Numbered from the stretch's first letter, positions 28,076 through 37,661 are shown. The stretch: 64,000 nucleotides of DNA from an uncultured Candidatus Saccharibacteria bacterium (GCA_964639295.1 CAZXDT010000001.1:117068-181067), one strand, 5' to 3'. The notes: generated by a model not told the origin, from the letters alone. Numbers and translations are program-made.

Positions 28076-28150
28076 TGGTGATCTCGAGGGGAATCGAACC
28101 CCTATTGCCAGGATGAGAACCTGGCGTCCTAACCGTTAGACGACGAGACC
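28076..28150 (-). tRNA. tRNA-Glu (anticodon CTC), CCA encoded
   Basis: Minus strand reads GGTCTCGTCGTCTAACGGTTAGGACGCCAGGTTCTCATCCTGGCAATAGGGGTTCGATTCCCCTCGAGATCACCA. Anticodon loop is TTCTCAT. Confidence 0.9.
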
Positions 28151-28304
28151 ATGTTGTTGTAAGACCGAAAAATCATACCATAGAAGTCATCAGGGGTCCA
28201 GGGGTGAGAAAGACTAAATGTGTCTACACTGATACTGTTGTATAAAATGGTAAATTATTGTATTATTCGCAATCAGCAGTTTCCACTAGAACCTATCTGA
28301 GGAT

Positions 28305-29228
28305 GTGAAGGCTATGCACATTTTGAAGTGGTGCACCGTCGTGATCGTAGCGGTGATCTTCATCGCATGGTTCATCGACGCACGCATGAAGAAGACATTC
28401 CGCAAGCAGGCAGATGCCTGGCTCGAGGAGCGCACGGCAGTTCGCGAGTCCGGTAACACACAGCAGATCCTGCAGTTCCTGGACTCCAACCCGGTACCGG
28501 CTGGCAGTAAGCGGTTCGGTGACATCAGGCTGGCTCTCGGCGCGCACAAGCGTCTCTGCGAGGAGCTCAAAGACGAGATCAAGCTCGGGAAGCGTCGCAA
28601 GTACAACGCAGGCAGGGTCAACAAGATCAAGCTGATCGACTCGATCGACGAGCAGTACAATGCGTTGATCAACATCGGTGAACTGCGGTTCGGCCAGATG
28701 GTGGATGGTTATCGGTATTCCGACAGAGTCGTTCTTAATCCCAAGGACGCCGAGTGGATCACCGCTGAGCTGACCAAGCTGGCCGCCGCCAAAGCAGCAC
28801 GCTTGCTAGCTGCCGCCGAGAACGGTGACCAGGGAGCGTTCATGGAACTCCATGAGTTCACCCGCAAGAGTTCTGATACATGGGCTAGCAGAGAGGAGTA
28901 CATTCGACAGACGATGGGCAAGCCCTACGAGACACCACCCAACTGGGACGAGCTACTGGTCCGTTTCTACGAGAACCCCACGGTGAACCAGTTCCGTTGC
29001 CAGGTAAGTCCCTCGGCTTACGGTGATGCCGGCATCAGCACGATGGCTGCTCAGGCTCTTCGCAAGCGCAATCTCGTAGTGCTCCGTTACATCATGGTGC
29101 GCTGTGCAACTTACGGGGGTTACCGCGCTGAGCTGGGTGACGTCTTGTACGCCGAGATCGTCAAGATGGCCGATCAGCTGTACACCGAGCTGAAGACCAG
29201 CTCCACCTGCACCACCACAATTTCATAA
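28305..29228 (+). CDS. GC-rich membrane-anchored protein (307 aa), unknown function
   Basis: N-terminal TM helix (WCTVVIVAVIFIAWFI). Line 28441-28500 counts 36/60 G+C. G/C-ending codons. Confidence 0.6.
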   Translation: MKAMHILKWCTVVIVAVIFIAWFIDARMKKTFRKQADAWLEERTAVRESGNTQQILQFLDSNPVPAGSKRFGDIRLALGAHKRLCEELKDEIKLGKRRKYNAGRVNKIKLIDSIDEQYNALINIGELRFGQMVDGYRYSDRVVLNPKDAEWITAELTKLAAAKAARLLAAAENGDQGAFMELHEFTRKSSDTWASREEYIRQTMGKPYETPPNWDELLVRFYENPTVNQFRCQVSPSAYGDAGISTMAAQALRKRNLVVLRYIMVRCATYGGYRAELGDVLYAEIVKMADQLYTELKTSSTCTTTIS

Positions 29229-29246
29229 GCCCGTGCCCTTAGTAGA

Positions 29247-29307
29247 GCCCGACCCGGAGGAGTGTATTCGCCTTCGGCGAATATGTTCCTTCGGGTCGGG
29301 CTTTATT
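29247..29307 (+). terminator. nested GC-rich terminator hairpin
   Basis: GCCCGACCCG...CGGGTCGGGC encloses ATTCGCC-TTCG-GCGAAT and is followed by TTTATT. Confidence 0.6.
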
Positions 29308-29412
29308 AATTTGTATCCTTTTTGAGGCCGCAAAGCAGTGGTATAACCCTAGTGCTTACCGTATACTACTAACAAGCGTACGTGTTGGAATCTCCTCGGG
29401 TGGGGACCACAG

Positions 29413-31188
29413 GTGCTTAAAAAGCATATGCAATCAGTCAACGACAAATGGTACATAGGGTATAGATGGGCAACACTTATAACAAGTGCTCTGCTTTTGG
29501 TCGTTGCCGCTCTGTCTTGGTGGATGCCTGATCTTGTAAAGATTCTTGGCATACAAAAAGGTGACATCACGTACTTCAGCGGCATCGTAGCCGCATGTTC
29601 AATCGCATACGGAGTATTAGTCTATGACCGTATGGCATCCAAAACCACTCATTGGGAGGCTATGCTCCTGCTGGTCATGATTCAAGCGACAGTGGTTTTG
29701 AGCGTAGTGCAGACCACCGGACAAATGAGCTCCTACTTCCTCATATGGTGGGGTGTTATGTTGCTGCTTGGTGGCATGTTTGGAGTATATGGATCGTCGG
29801 GCTCGGCTTTCTTAACCGTGATGTATTTTATCCTCTCATCGACCGATACCGCCGGTAAGCCTCATTACACGGTTGAGGGTGGTGTTGTACTTGGGGCGCT
29901 CCTTTTCCTAAGTATAATCAGTCAACTTTTTTGGCGACGCCACTATACCGACCAGGACAGTGCCCGTGTCGCTAACTTGCGTGGGCAGCTCAAGACTAAC
30001 CAGCAACAGTCAGAAATCCTCGTGGAATCCCTCACGGACGGTATTTTGTTACTCGACACCGAGGGTGCTATTAGTCTTATGAACCCAGCGGCTGCTACTA
30101 TGACTGGCTGGCATGTCGAGGACGGTATCGGCACAGACTATAGGTCAGTTGTAACACTCAAGAATGAAGATGGCAGTGATATCGCAGCCACCGAAAACCC
30201 TCTGACGAAAATTTTCGAAACCAAAGCCGCAACTACTAAAACTCTCCAGCTTATCAGTCGAGATGGCAAACAAATGGTCATATCATTGGTGACTTCGCCA
30301 ATAGTAAATCCTAAGACCGAGGAACTGGCCGGAGCCGTGGCCGTAATACGTGACATTAGCGTTACTCACCAGTCCGACAAGCAACGAGCTGAGTTCATAA
30401 GTACTGCTAGCCACGAAATGCGTACACCCGTAGCCGCTATCGAGGGCTATCTGCAGCTTGCGCTTAATGAAAAAGTGGCAAAGGTAGACCCCAAGGCACG
30501 TAGTTTCCTGGAAAAAGCTCTTGATTCCACACACCACCTCGGACAGTTATTCCAAGACCTTCTCACAAGTGCTAAAGCAGAGGACGGTCGTCTAGTCAGT
30601 CACCCATCTGTCGTGGAACTAGGCGCCTACTTGGAGGCCTTGGCCGAAACATTCAAGTTCTCCGCAGACAAGAAAGGGCTGTTAACCGACTTTATTTTTG
30701 GCAGTAGTAAAGATGGTGTTGGTAGTCAAGCAGGTGAGCACGTAGTCCGGCCGCTATATTACGTTAATGTTGACCCTGACCGCTTACGTGAAGTCATTAC
30801 CAACTTATTTGATAATGCCGTTAAGTACACGCCCTCGGGCAAAATATCGGTCGGCCTAACTGGCAACAATGAGGTTGTGCAATTGTTCGTAAAAGACACT
30901 GGGCCCGGTATCCCACCAGAGGACGTTCCGCACCTCTTCCAGAAGTTCTACCGCGTCGATAACTCAGCCACTCGTACCATTGGTGGTACCGGACTGGGCC
31001 TGTTCATATGTAAGAAGATTATTGAGATCTATAAAGGCCGTATTTGGGTAGAGAGCACTGTTAACAAGGGCAGCACCTTCTATATCAACCTACCACGCCT
31101 CACAGCACAACATGCTACGGAGCTCAAGACAAGCCAGGCAACAGCTAGCGAACCAGAGCCAATTAGTTCACTAACTACACCGGTCTAA
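29413..31188 (+). CDS. PAS-domain sensor histidine kinase
   Basis: Multi-TM N-terminus, a PAS-like segment, H-box SHEMRTPVAAI and GGTGLGLFICKKII. Confidence 0.85.
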   Translation: MLKKHMQSVNDKWYIGYRWATLITSALLLVVAALSWWMPDLVKILGIQKGDITYFSGIVAACSIAYGVLVYDRMASKTTHWEAMLLLVMIQATVVLSVVQTTGQMSSYFLIWWGVMLLLGGMFGVYGSSGSAFLTVMYFILSSTDTAGKPHYTVEGGVVLGALLFLSIISQLFWRRHYTDQDSARVANLRGQLKTNQQQSEILVESLTDGILLLDTEGAISLMNPAAATMTGWHVEDGIGTDYRSVVTLKNEDGSDIAATENPLTKIFETKAATTKTLQLISRDGKQMVISLVTSPIVNPKTEELAGAVAVIRDISVTHQSDKQRAEFISTASHEMRTPVAAIEGYLQLALNEKVAKVDPKARSFLEKALDSTHHLGQLFQDLLTSAKAEDGRLVSHPSVVELGAYLEALAETFKFSADKKGLLTDFIFGSSKDGVGSQAGEHVVRPLYYVNVDPDRLREVITNLFDNAVKYTPSGKISVGLTGNNEVVQLFVKDTGPGIPPEDVPHLFQKFYRVDNSATRTIGGTGLGLFICKKIIEIYKGRIWVESTVNKGSTFYINLPRLTAQHATELKTSQATASEPEPISSLTTPV

Positions 31189-31425
31189 CATGATATGAAG
31201 CACACCTCTCGCTTGAGTCAGATTGTGGACGATCCTGAGGAACGTAAAGGAGCCGTACTGAAGTACGGTGACTGCGTACCGGAGGGATTGGGTGCAATCT
31301 GGCCAAGAGGCAAGCAGATCTTGGGCTCTGCCCGAGAACAGATTGCCGCCGAGAGGCGTGCTTATGATACAATGACAAGCATAAGAACAAACAATCAAAT
31401 TAACGGATAATAGAGGGCACTATTC

Positions 31426-32718
31426 ATGGCAAAAATCATGCTCGTCGAGGACGACAATAATCTACGCGAAATCTATGAAGCGCGTCTGCTTGCAGAGGGC
31501 TACGAGATCGTTGCAGCTAAGGACGGGGAAGAAGCACTCGCGCTAGCCGTCAAGGAAAAGCCAGATCTCATTATTTCTGATGTCATGATGCCTAAAATCA
31601 GTGGTTTTGACATGCTCGACATTCTCCGCAGCACCGCAGAAACTAAGAATACAAAGGTTATTATGATGACCGCACTCAGCCAGGCAGAGGACAAATCTCG
31701 CGCCGACAAGCTTGGTGCCGACCGATACCTGGTCAAATCACAGGTAACCCTTGAAGACGTTGCTAAGGTAGCACATGATGTACTTACGGGAGAGAATCCA
31801 GCTACCAGCGCCCCGGCTGCTCCGACTGTAACCGAAACGCCCGTTCCAAGTGCACCAGTAGATACACCTGTTGCTGCAGCTCCTGCGGAACCCCAAGCAA
31901 CACCAACAATTCCTGTAACGCCACCCGCTCCGGACCCTGTGACACCCGTCATTGAAGAACCCGTTGTAACACCTCCTGCTGACCCAGCAACACCGCCCGA
32001 AACACCTGTCGCACCGACCCCAGAGCCAGTGGCCACTCCAGAAGTAAGTGCACAACCGGAGTCACCAGTCGAAACACCTGTAGCAGAGTCAACCCCCGAG
32101 GCCCCAGAGGTATCTACCGAAACATCGCCAGAGCCCGCTGGTGTTAAGAACGATCTGAGTCAAACAACCGCAGAGGAAGAAAAAGCCATCGAGTCACAGA
32201 TTAGTGCTATCTTTGCAGAACCCGTAACAGCTGATTCCGAACAGCCTCATACAGAAACACCCCCACCTGACATGTCTGAGCCTGGCAGTGCACCATCCAC
32301 AGAAGCTACTGCAACACCACCTGCGTCAGAGCCGGTCGTAGAGCCATCAGCTCCGCAAGTTGTTGAAGCGCCAGTAAGTACAACAATCCCCGTAACAGAA
32401 ACCATAGAACCAACCGAACCTGCAGTCGCACCAGAACCAGCACCTTTTGAGCCAGCTCAAGAAGCAAACCCTGGTTCCGTACCCGTTATGGGCAAGAAGG
32501 TAATCCAGCCTATCAGTGACATGAGCAAAGGTCCAGACATCAACGAGTTGCTACAAAAAGAAGGTGAAAATGCAGCTGTACCTTCAGCTCCGGCCACTTC
32601 AGTTGTTTCTCCTGGTGGGCAAACTACCATCCCAGTAACCACTGACGCAGGTCCAGAAGTCGCACCAGAACCAAAGCAGCCTGGTAACGTCATTAGTCCC
32701 GGCGATATAGCGCTGTAA
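31426..32718 (+). CDS. response regulator receiver domain fused to a ~300-aa Pro/Thr/Glu/Ala/Val-rich low-complexity tail
   Basis: IMLVEDDNNLREIY, DLIISDVMMPKISGFD. From about residue 125 the sequence is repetitive P/T/E/A/V-rich with no recognisable output domain. Confidence 0.8.
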   Translation: MAKIMLVEDDNNLREIYEARLLAEGYEIVAAKDGEEALALAVKEKPDLIISDVMMPKISGFDMLDILRSTAETKNTKVIMMTALSQAEDKSRADKLGADRYLVKSQVTLEDVAKVAHDVLTGENPATSAPAAPTVTETPVPSAPVDTPVAAAPAEPQATPTIPVTPPAPDPVTPVIEEPVVTPPADPATPPETPVAPTPEPVATPEVSAQPESPVETPVAESTPEAPEVSTETSPEPAGVKNDLSQTTAEEEKAIESQISAIFAEPVTADSEQPHTETPPPDMSEPGSAPSTEATATPPASEPVVEPSAPQVVEAPVSTTIPVTETIEPTEPAVAPEPAPFEPAQEANPGSVPVMGKKVIQPISDMSKGPDINELLQKEGENAAVPSAPATSVVSPGGQTTIPVTTDAGPEVAPEPKQPGNVISPGDIAL

Positions 32719-32840
32719 TGAGACACCCATTCTGGGTTTCTCATCGCGCTAGCAAAAAGGCGTGACTTTTTGTTGGGCTGCTCTTCCCAGCCAGTAGTAG
32801 TCTGCTAGTTAATATGGCAGCTCTTCTGTATCCTTAGAGG

Positions 32841-33506
32841 ATGCGAATTAATAAATACATTGCCCTAGCCACAAACCTCAGTCGTCGCGGAGCCGATGCT
32901 GCTATCGCCGACTACCGTGTTGGCATAAACGGTAAAACTGCTCAAATGGGCAGTGAGGTAACTGACACCGACGTTGTGACCCTTGACGGCCGCGTTATTA
33001 CACCTCCTGTCAATAGAGTGACTATCATGCTCAACAAACCACCTGGATACATCGTCAGTAAAGACGGGCAGGGTGGCGAGACAATTTACGATCTACTACC
33101 ATTTGATTACGAGCGGCTCAACCCGGTAGGCAGACTCGATAAAGATTCATCAGGTCTGTTGCTACTGACCAATGACGGCGATCTGGCTCAAGAGCTAACA
33201 CATCCCAGTCACCAGAAGCGCAAAGTCTACGAGGTAACGTTAGACAAGCCCCTCCAGCCGTTGCACCGGCAAATGATAAGTGATCATGGGCTTAAACTAG
33301 AAGACGGACTCAGCAAGTTACAGCTTGAGCGGCTACACGACGGCAATGACTTAGAGTGGAAAATCACCATGAGCGAGGGCCGCAACCGCCAAATCCGCCG
33401 TACCTTTGGCAGTCTCGACTATGATGTACGAGCACTCCATAGAACATCATTTGGCAAATATATGCTCGGTAGCCTAGAAAGCGGCACTTACAAAGAAATC
33501 CAATAG
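32841..33506 (+). CDS. RsuA/RluB-family pseudouridine synthase
   Basis: N-terminal S4-like segment. Catalytic motif GRLDKDSSGLLLLTNDG. Confidence 0.85.
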   Translation: MRINKYIALATNLSRRGADAAIADYRVGINGKTAQMGSEVTDTDVVTLDGRVITPPVNRVTIMLNKPPGYIVSKDGQGGETIYDLLPFDYERLNPVGRLDKDSSGLLLLTNDGDLAQELTHPSHQKRKVYEVTLDKPLQPLHRQMISDHGLKLEDGLSKLQLERLHDGNDLEWKITMSEGRNRQIRRTFGSLDYDVRALHRTSFGKYMLGSLESGTYKEIQ

Positions 33507-33576
33507 GTTGTTTAAGCAATCTATACTACTTATTTTTGATTAGTCAATAGTCTCCACATCTGTTATACTTACAACA

Positions 33577-35025
33577 ATGAGTAAGAAGTTACCGATTATC
33601 GCCATCGTTGGCCGTGCCAACGTTGGTAAGTCCAGCCTGTTCAACGTCATCCTTGATCGACGTGAGGCTATTATCGCGCGTGAAGCGGGGACAACCCGTG
33701 ATTCGTTGTGGGCAAAGGCAGAGTACAACGGCCAGAACTTCTGGATAGTAGACACCGCTGGCATGAAGGACGCTGAGGATGACTTCGAACTAACAATTCA
33801 AGAACAAATTGGCGAAGCCGCAGCTGCAGCCGATGTTATCTGGGTAACGATTGAGGCCGACACGCTTATCACTGAAGAGGACCGCCGCGTTGCTAAAATG
33901 GCTCTCCGAACAAAGAAACCAGTATTCCTCGTAGTTAACAAGGCTGACAAGGCCAAGAAAGCCGTCCCCGAAGATTATCAGCGGCTCGGCATTAAACCAA
34001 TTTTCCTAACTAGTGCCACGCAAAGCACTGGTGTAGACATGCTGCTTGGCTCTTTGCTCGACATTATTCCTAAAGCCGTCCAGGAAGACGATGACGATCG
34101 CCTGTGTGTTGCACTATTGGGTCGCCCAAACGTCGGTAAATCAAACCTGTTTAACTCACTCGCTAAGAAACAGCAGGCAATCGTAGCTGACCGTGCTGGA
34201 ACCACTCGTGATATTAACCGTACCTCTGTTAAGTTCGAAAAGCGTGAAGTAGAATTGCTCGACACCGCTGGTATTCGCCGAAACGGCAAGATAGAAACAG
34301 GAATTGAGCAGTTTAGCGTGCTCCGCTCATTGGCTGCTATTGAACAAGCCGATATTTGCCTCTTCCTGATGGATGTCAATGAGCTCAACACCGCTCTAGA
34401 CCAAAAGATTGCCGGTATGATCAAAGAAGCAGGCAAGGGTCTGATTTTTGTTGTTACAAAATGGGACAGCGCAGATAAAGACCCCTTTACCCGCGACCAA
34501 CTAGCTGCCGAGATCCGCCGAACTTACGACTTTATCCCATGGGCACCACTCATCTTTACCAGCGCCGTTACCGGACAGAATGTTACCAAGATTTTTGAAC
34601 TAGCTATGGAAATTGATCAGGAACGACACAAACACATCAAAACAAATGAGCTGAACCGTTGGCTCAGTGAAATCATCAACAAGCACCCGCCAGCCGGGCT
34701 CAAAGGCCGCCTACCGAAGCTCAACTATATGTTGCAAGAAGAGGGCAACGACGCCCCAAACTTCAAGATTTACGGCGCGCACACCAAATTGCTCCACTGG
34801 AGCTACAAGCGATACATGGAACGTGAACTTCGCCAGAAGTTTGGTTTTAATGGCACAGCTATAAAGTTCTGGTTCTTTGAAAAGCATGTCACACACAAGC
34901 ACGGTCAAAGCCCGACTAAAGCAGAAGGCAAATCCGACTTGCAGCGTTTCATCGCTGACAAGAAAGCCCGCGCCGGCAAGGGTCCTGCTCGCCCTAAGCG
35001 TAGCCAAAACAGCCAACCAGAGTAA
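33577..35025 (+). CDS. der: ribosome-associated GTPase Der (EngA)
   Basis: Two tandem G domains (GRANVGKSSLFN and GRPNVGKSNLFN, each with DTAG). KH-like C-terminus plus a basic tail. Confidence 0.92.
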   Translation: MSKKLPIIAIVGRANVGKSSLFNVILDRREAIIAREAGTTRDSLWAKAEYNGQNFWIVDTAGMKDAEDDFELTIQEQIGEAAAAADVIWVTIEADTLITEEDRRVAKMALRTKKPVFLVVNKADKAKKAVPEDYQRLGIKPIFLTSATQSTGVDMLLGSLLDIIPKAVQEDDDDRLCVALLGRPNVGKSNLFNSLAKKQQAIVADRAGTTRDINRTSVKFEKREVELLDTAGIRRNGKIETGIEQFSVLRSLAAIEQADICLFLMDVNELNTALDQKIAGMIKEAGKGLIFVVTKWDSADKDPFTRDQLAAEIRRTYDFIPWAPLIFTSAVTGQNVTKIFELAMEIDQERHKHIKTNELNRWLSEIINKHPPAGLKGRLPKLNYMLQEEGNDAPNFKIYGAHTKLLHWSYKRYMERELRQKFGFNGTAIKFWFFEKHVTHKHGQSPTKAEGKSDLQRFIADKKARAGKGPARPKRSQNSQPE

Positions 35026-35105
35026 AAACAGGAGAAGAGAACAGGGACAAGGGCTATTTATGCCCCCTTATCTCTATTCTCTTGGCTCTTATCTCTTTAT
35101 TAGCT

Positions 35106-35750
35106 ATGCTAATACCCATGGCATTATTCCAAAAACGACCTGATCTAGGCTCCAACCTTCCCGTATACTCACTTGGTCTTACAAAGACAGTCTTAATCGT
35201 GGGCCTTGGAAATGTGGGCAAAAAGTATGATGGCACTCGCCATAATATTGGCTTTGCAGCTGTGGATGAGCTGGCCGCTAGACAAGATTTTGAACCCTGG
35301 GTAGAGAAAAAAGACCTCAAATGTCTCCTCACAACCGCGACTATCGGCGATTGTCGAGTTATCCTGATCAAACCAACCACATTCATGAACCTCAGTGGGG
35401 AAGCCGTTCAGGCCGTCGGTCACTTCTATAAGATACCCGTGACGCACACGTTGGTCGTCCACGACGAACTCGATATTCCATTTGGCCAGATTAGAACCCG
35501 CATTGGCGGCTCAGCAGCAGGGAATAATGGCGTTAAGTCAATCATCCAACATCTAGGCGAAGATTTTGGCCGCGTACGTATAGGTATTCAAGCAGATACA
35601 CCTATGGAGGCCTCTGATTTTGTACTAGCCAAATTCAGCAAAGAAGAACAGACAGAACTGCCAGCACTACTAAAAGAGTCCACAGCCATCCTCACCGAAT
35701 ACATCCACGCTGGAGCCCTACTTCAAGAGACCCGCAGCTTCTTGATCTAA
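35106..35750 (+). CDS. pth: peptidyl-tRNA hydrolase
   Basis: LIVGLGNVGKKYDGTRHNIGF. The start is uncertain (candidates at 35082, 35106 and 35118). Confidence 0.85.
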   Translation: MLIPMALFQKRPDLGSNLPVYSLGLTKTVLIVGLGNVGKKYDGTRHNIGFAAVDELAARQDFEPWVEKKDLKCLLTTATIGDCRVILIKPTTFMNLSGEAVQAVGHFYKIPVTHTLVVHDELDIPFGQIRTRIGGSAAGNNGVKSIIQHLGEDFGRVRIGIQADTPMEASDFVLAKFSKEEQTELPALLKESTAILTEYIHAGALLQETRSFLI

Positions 35751-36065
35751 ATTTGTGTCATGACCCTGTGTAAGTAAATGTGTATTTGTATATTCTTCAG
35801 GAAAATACTCCTGCTCTAGTGTCACCAAATCGTCAAAAGCTCTTTGTAGAACGTCCTCTCGTCTTGATATCTTCATACCCTTAACAATGGATGAAGCACG
35901 TACTATTACTTGTACTTCACGATTAAATGCCAACAACTCATGGATGCTCTTTTTTATGACAAACAATTCAGAGACAGGCATTCGTCCAAGTATCCGAGGC
36001 AAGCGCATCGCATCACACTCCTCTTGGTTGAAAGTTATCAGCTCGTTCTCTTTATCAAACTCCAT
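35718..36065 (-). CDS. hypothetical protein
   Basis: Track ORF 35718..36137, with a likely start at MEFDKEN. Its 3' end overlaps pth. No motif recognised. Confidence 0.3.
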   Translation of the reverse strand: MEFDKENELITFNQEECDAMRLPRILGRMPVSELFVIKKSIHELLAFNREVQVIVRASSIVKGMKISRREDVLQRAFDDLVTLEQEYFPEEYTNTHLLTQGHDTNLDQEAAGLLK

Positions 36066-36184
36066 ACCTATCAGTATTAACCACGTCCGTATAATTAACA
36101 GTAACCTCACGCAAGGTAATAAGGTGATAATCCTCACATGTCGTAATTGTGGCTAAGGATACCGGATCAACTAAAAAGAGCCTG

Positions 36185-36560
36185 CAGAGGGGGTGGGCAC
36201 CGCTGCAGACTCATTTCAGGGCTCGAGACATGCTCAAGCCAGGAATACACCCTTCAACCCACCCGAGCGAAACATCATCACCTAACAATAGTGGCGTGTG
36301 TCTACTTACGTAATCATTTAGATTCGCTTTGATCGGGAGCCGGGGGCCTTGTCGAAACAAGGTCCGGGGATCTGTTAAAGGGATTAGTTTGTTTTAGAAC
36401 GTCTAGCGATAAATCACTAGAGCAAAGAGTAAGTGGAGGGTAACAACTTATGATTGGCGCGCTCTAAAACAATCTAACGTTAACGTCGTAAAGACGCTAA
36501 TGCTAAAATGGGGGTTATAAGGTGCGAAAGCGCTTTACAGCACTTACGAGTTGCAATTCT
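36185..36560. ncRNA. candidate structured RNA of unknown class upstream of dprA (strand undetermined)
   Basis: No credible ORF in 450 nt. Stems: GGGTGGG 36191-36197 / CCCACCC 36258-36264, GGCCTTGT-CGAA-ACAAGG 36345-36362, and a 12/13 long-range pair 36389-36401 / 36460-36472. Confidence 0.3.
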
Positions 36561-36600
36561 AGCAAATATGTTTCGTTATGTCAATACTTAAACACTTAAT

Positions 36601-37461
36601 ATGAACAAAGTCAAGACGCTTACGCTAAATTCACCCCTGTTTCCGGAGCAGCTTCAGCATATAGCTGATCCGCCCCGGCAATTATATTATTTAGGCGATC
36701 TAGAGAATGCTCTCAACAAACCGCGCCTGGCTATAGTAGGGAGCCGTAAGGTATCTGCCTATGGGAAATCCGTCACTCTCAAATTGGCCAGAGAGGCCGC
36801 AGAGCAGGGTATTGCTATTGTCAGTGGGCTTGCGCTCGGTATTGATGGGTTAGCCCATCAGGCGGCCTTAGAAGCAGGCGGATTGACCATAGCCGTATTA
36901 CCTAGCGGTCTTGATAAAATCTATCCTGCAAGTCACCACAACCTTGCAGAACGTATTCTAAAACAAGGTGGGGCGCTTATTACCGAGTTTCCCTTCGGTA
37001 CGCAACCGTTTAAGATAAACTTCTTGATCAGAAACCGCATTATCTCTGGCATCAGTGACGCTGTACTGATAACGGAGGCAGCCGTCAGGAGCGGGAGCCT
37101 CAACACAGCCCGTCATGCCCTAGAGCAGGGTAGAGATGTTATGGCAGTACCCGGCAATATCACCAGCGAGCTGTCTGCTGGTACAAATAACCTTATTAAA
37201 CTTGGCGCCACCCCTGTAACGGAGATCCGAGACATCTTGGCAGCTATGGACCTAAAGCAGACGGGGAAGAAGACCGCCCCTATGGGCAGCAGCCCAGAAG
37301 AAAGCGTTATTATAGAACTCCTCGTTAGGGGTGTTAGTGATTCAAGTGAGTTATTGCATCATAGCGAACTGACTCCACCAATATTCAATCAAACGCTCAC
37401 CATGCTGGAAATAACAGGTAAGGTCCGGCCTCTTGGTGCAGGACACTGGGGTATTGTCTAA
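36601..37461 (+). CDS. dprA: DNA processing protein DprA
   Basis: GSRKVSAYG, SGLALGIDGLAHQAAL, VPGNITS. Confidence 0.88.
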   Translation: MNKVKTLTLNSPLFPEQLQHIADPPRQLYYLGDLENALNKPRLAIVGSRKVSAYGKSVTLKLAREAAEQGIAIVSGLALGIDGLAHQAALEAGGLTIAVLPSGLDKIYPASHHNLAERILKQGGALITEFPFGTQPFKINFLIRNRIISGISDAVLITEAAVRSGSLNTARHALEQGRDVMAVPGNITSELSAGTNNLIKLGATPVTEIRDILAAMDLKQTGKKTAPMGSSPEESVIIELLVRGVSDSSELLHHSELTPPIFNQTLTMLEITGKVRPLGAGHWGIV

Positions 37462-37661
37462 TGTGGTTATTCGACTGGTTATTCCCGACGAGTAAACACG
37501 ACCGCAAAATGTGCAAAGATAAGGTTCGCTACGCAAACGAGCCCGCAGCACTCCAAGCTATACGGAATATCAACCCTGAGCGGAGCAAAAACAAGCCAAA
37601 CCGAGCCTACAAATGCCCTATCTGCCGTGGCTATCACTTAACACGTGCGCCCAAACGGTAA
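37461..37661 (+). CDS. small putative zinc-ribbon protein (66 aa)
   Basis: The ATG overlaps the dprA stop. A Cys in KMCKDK plus YKCPICRGYHLT suggest a small zinc-binding motif. Confidence 0.45.
   Translation: MWLFDWLFPTSKHDRKMCKDKVRYANEPAALQAIRNINPERSKNKPNRAYKCPICRGYHLTRAPKR

Noticed and set aside
36389-36472. GTTTTAGAAC ... GCTCTAAAAC resembles a Cas9-type CRISPR repeat/anti-repeat pair.
   Set aside because: It is a single inverted pair only. There is no repeat-spacer array and no cas gene in the window. It is treated as one helix of a structured region.
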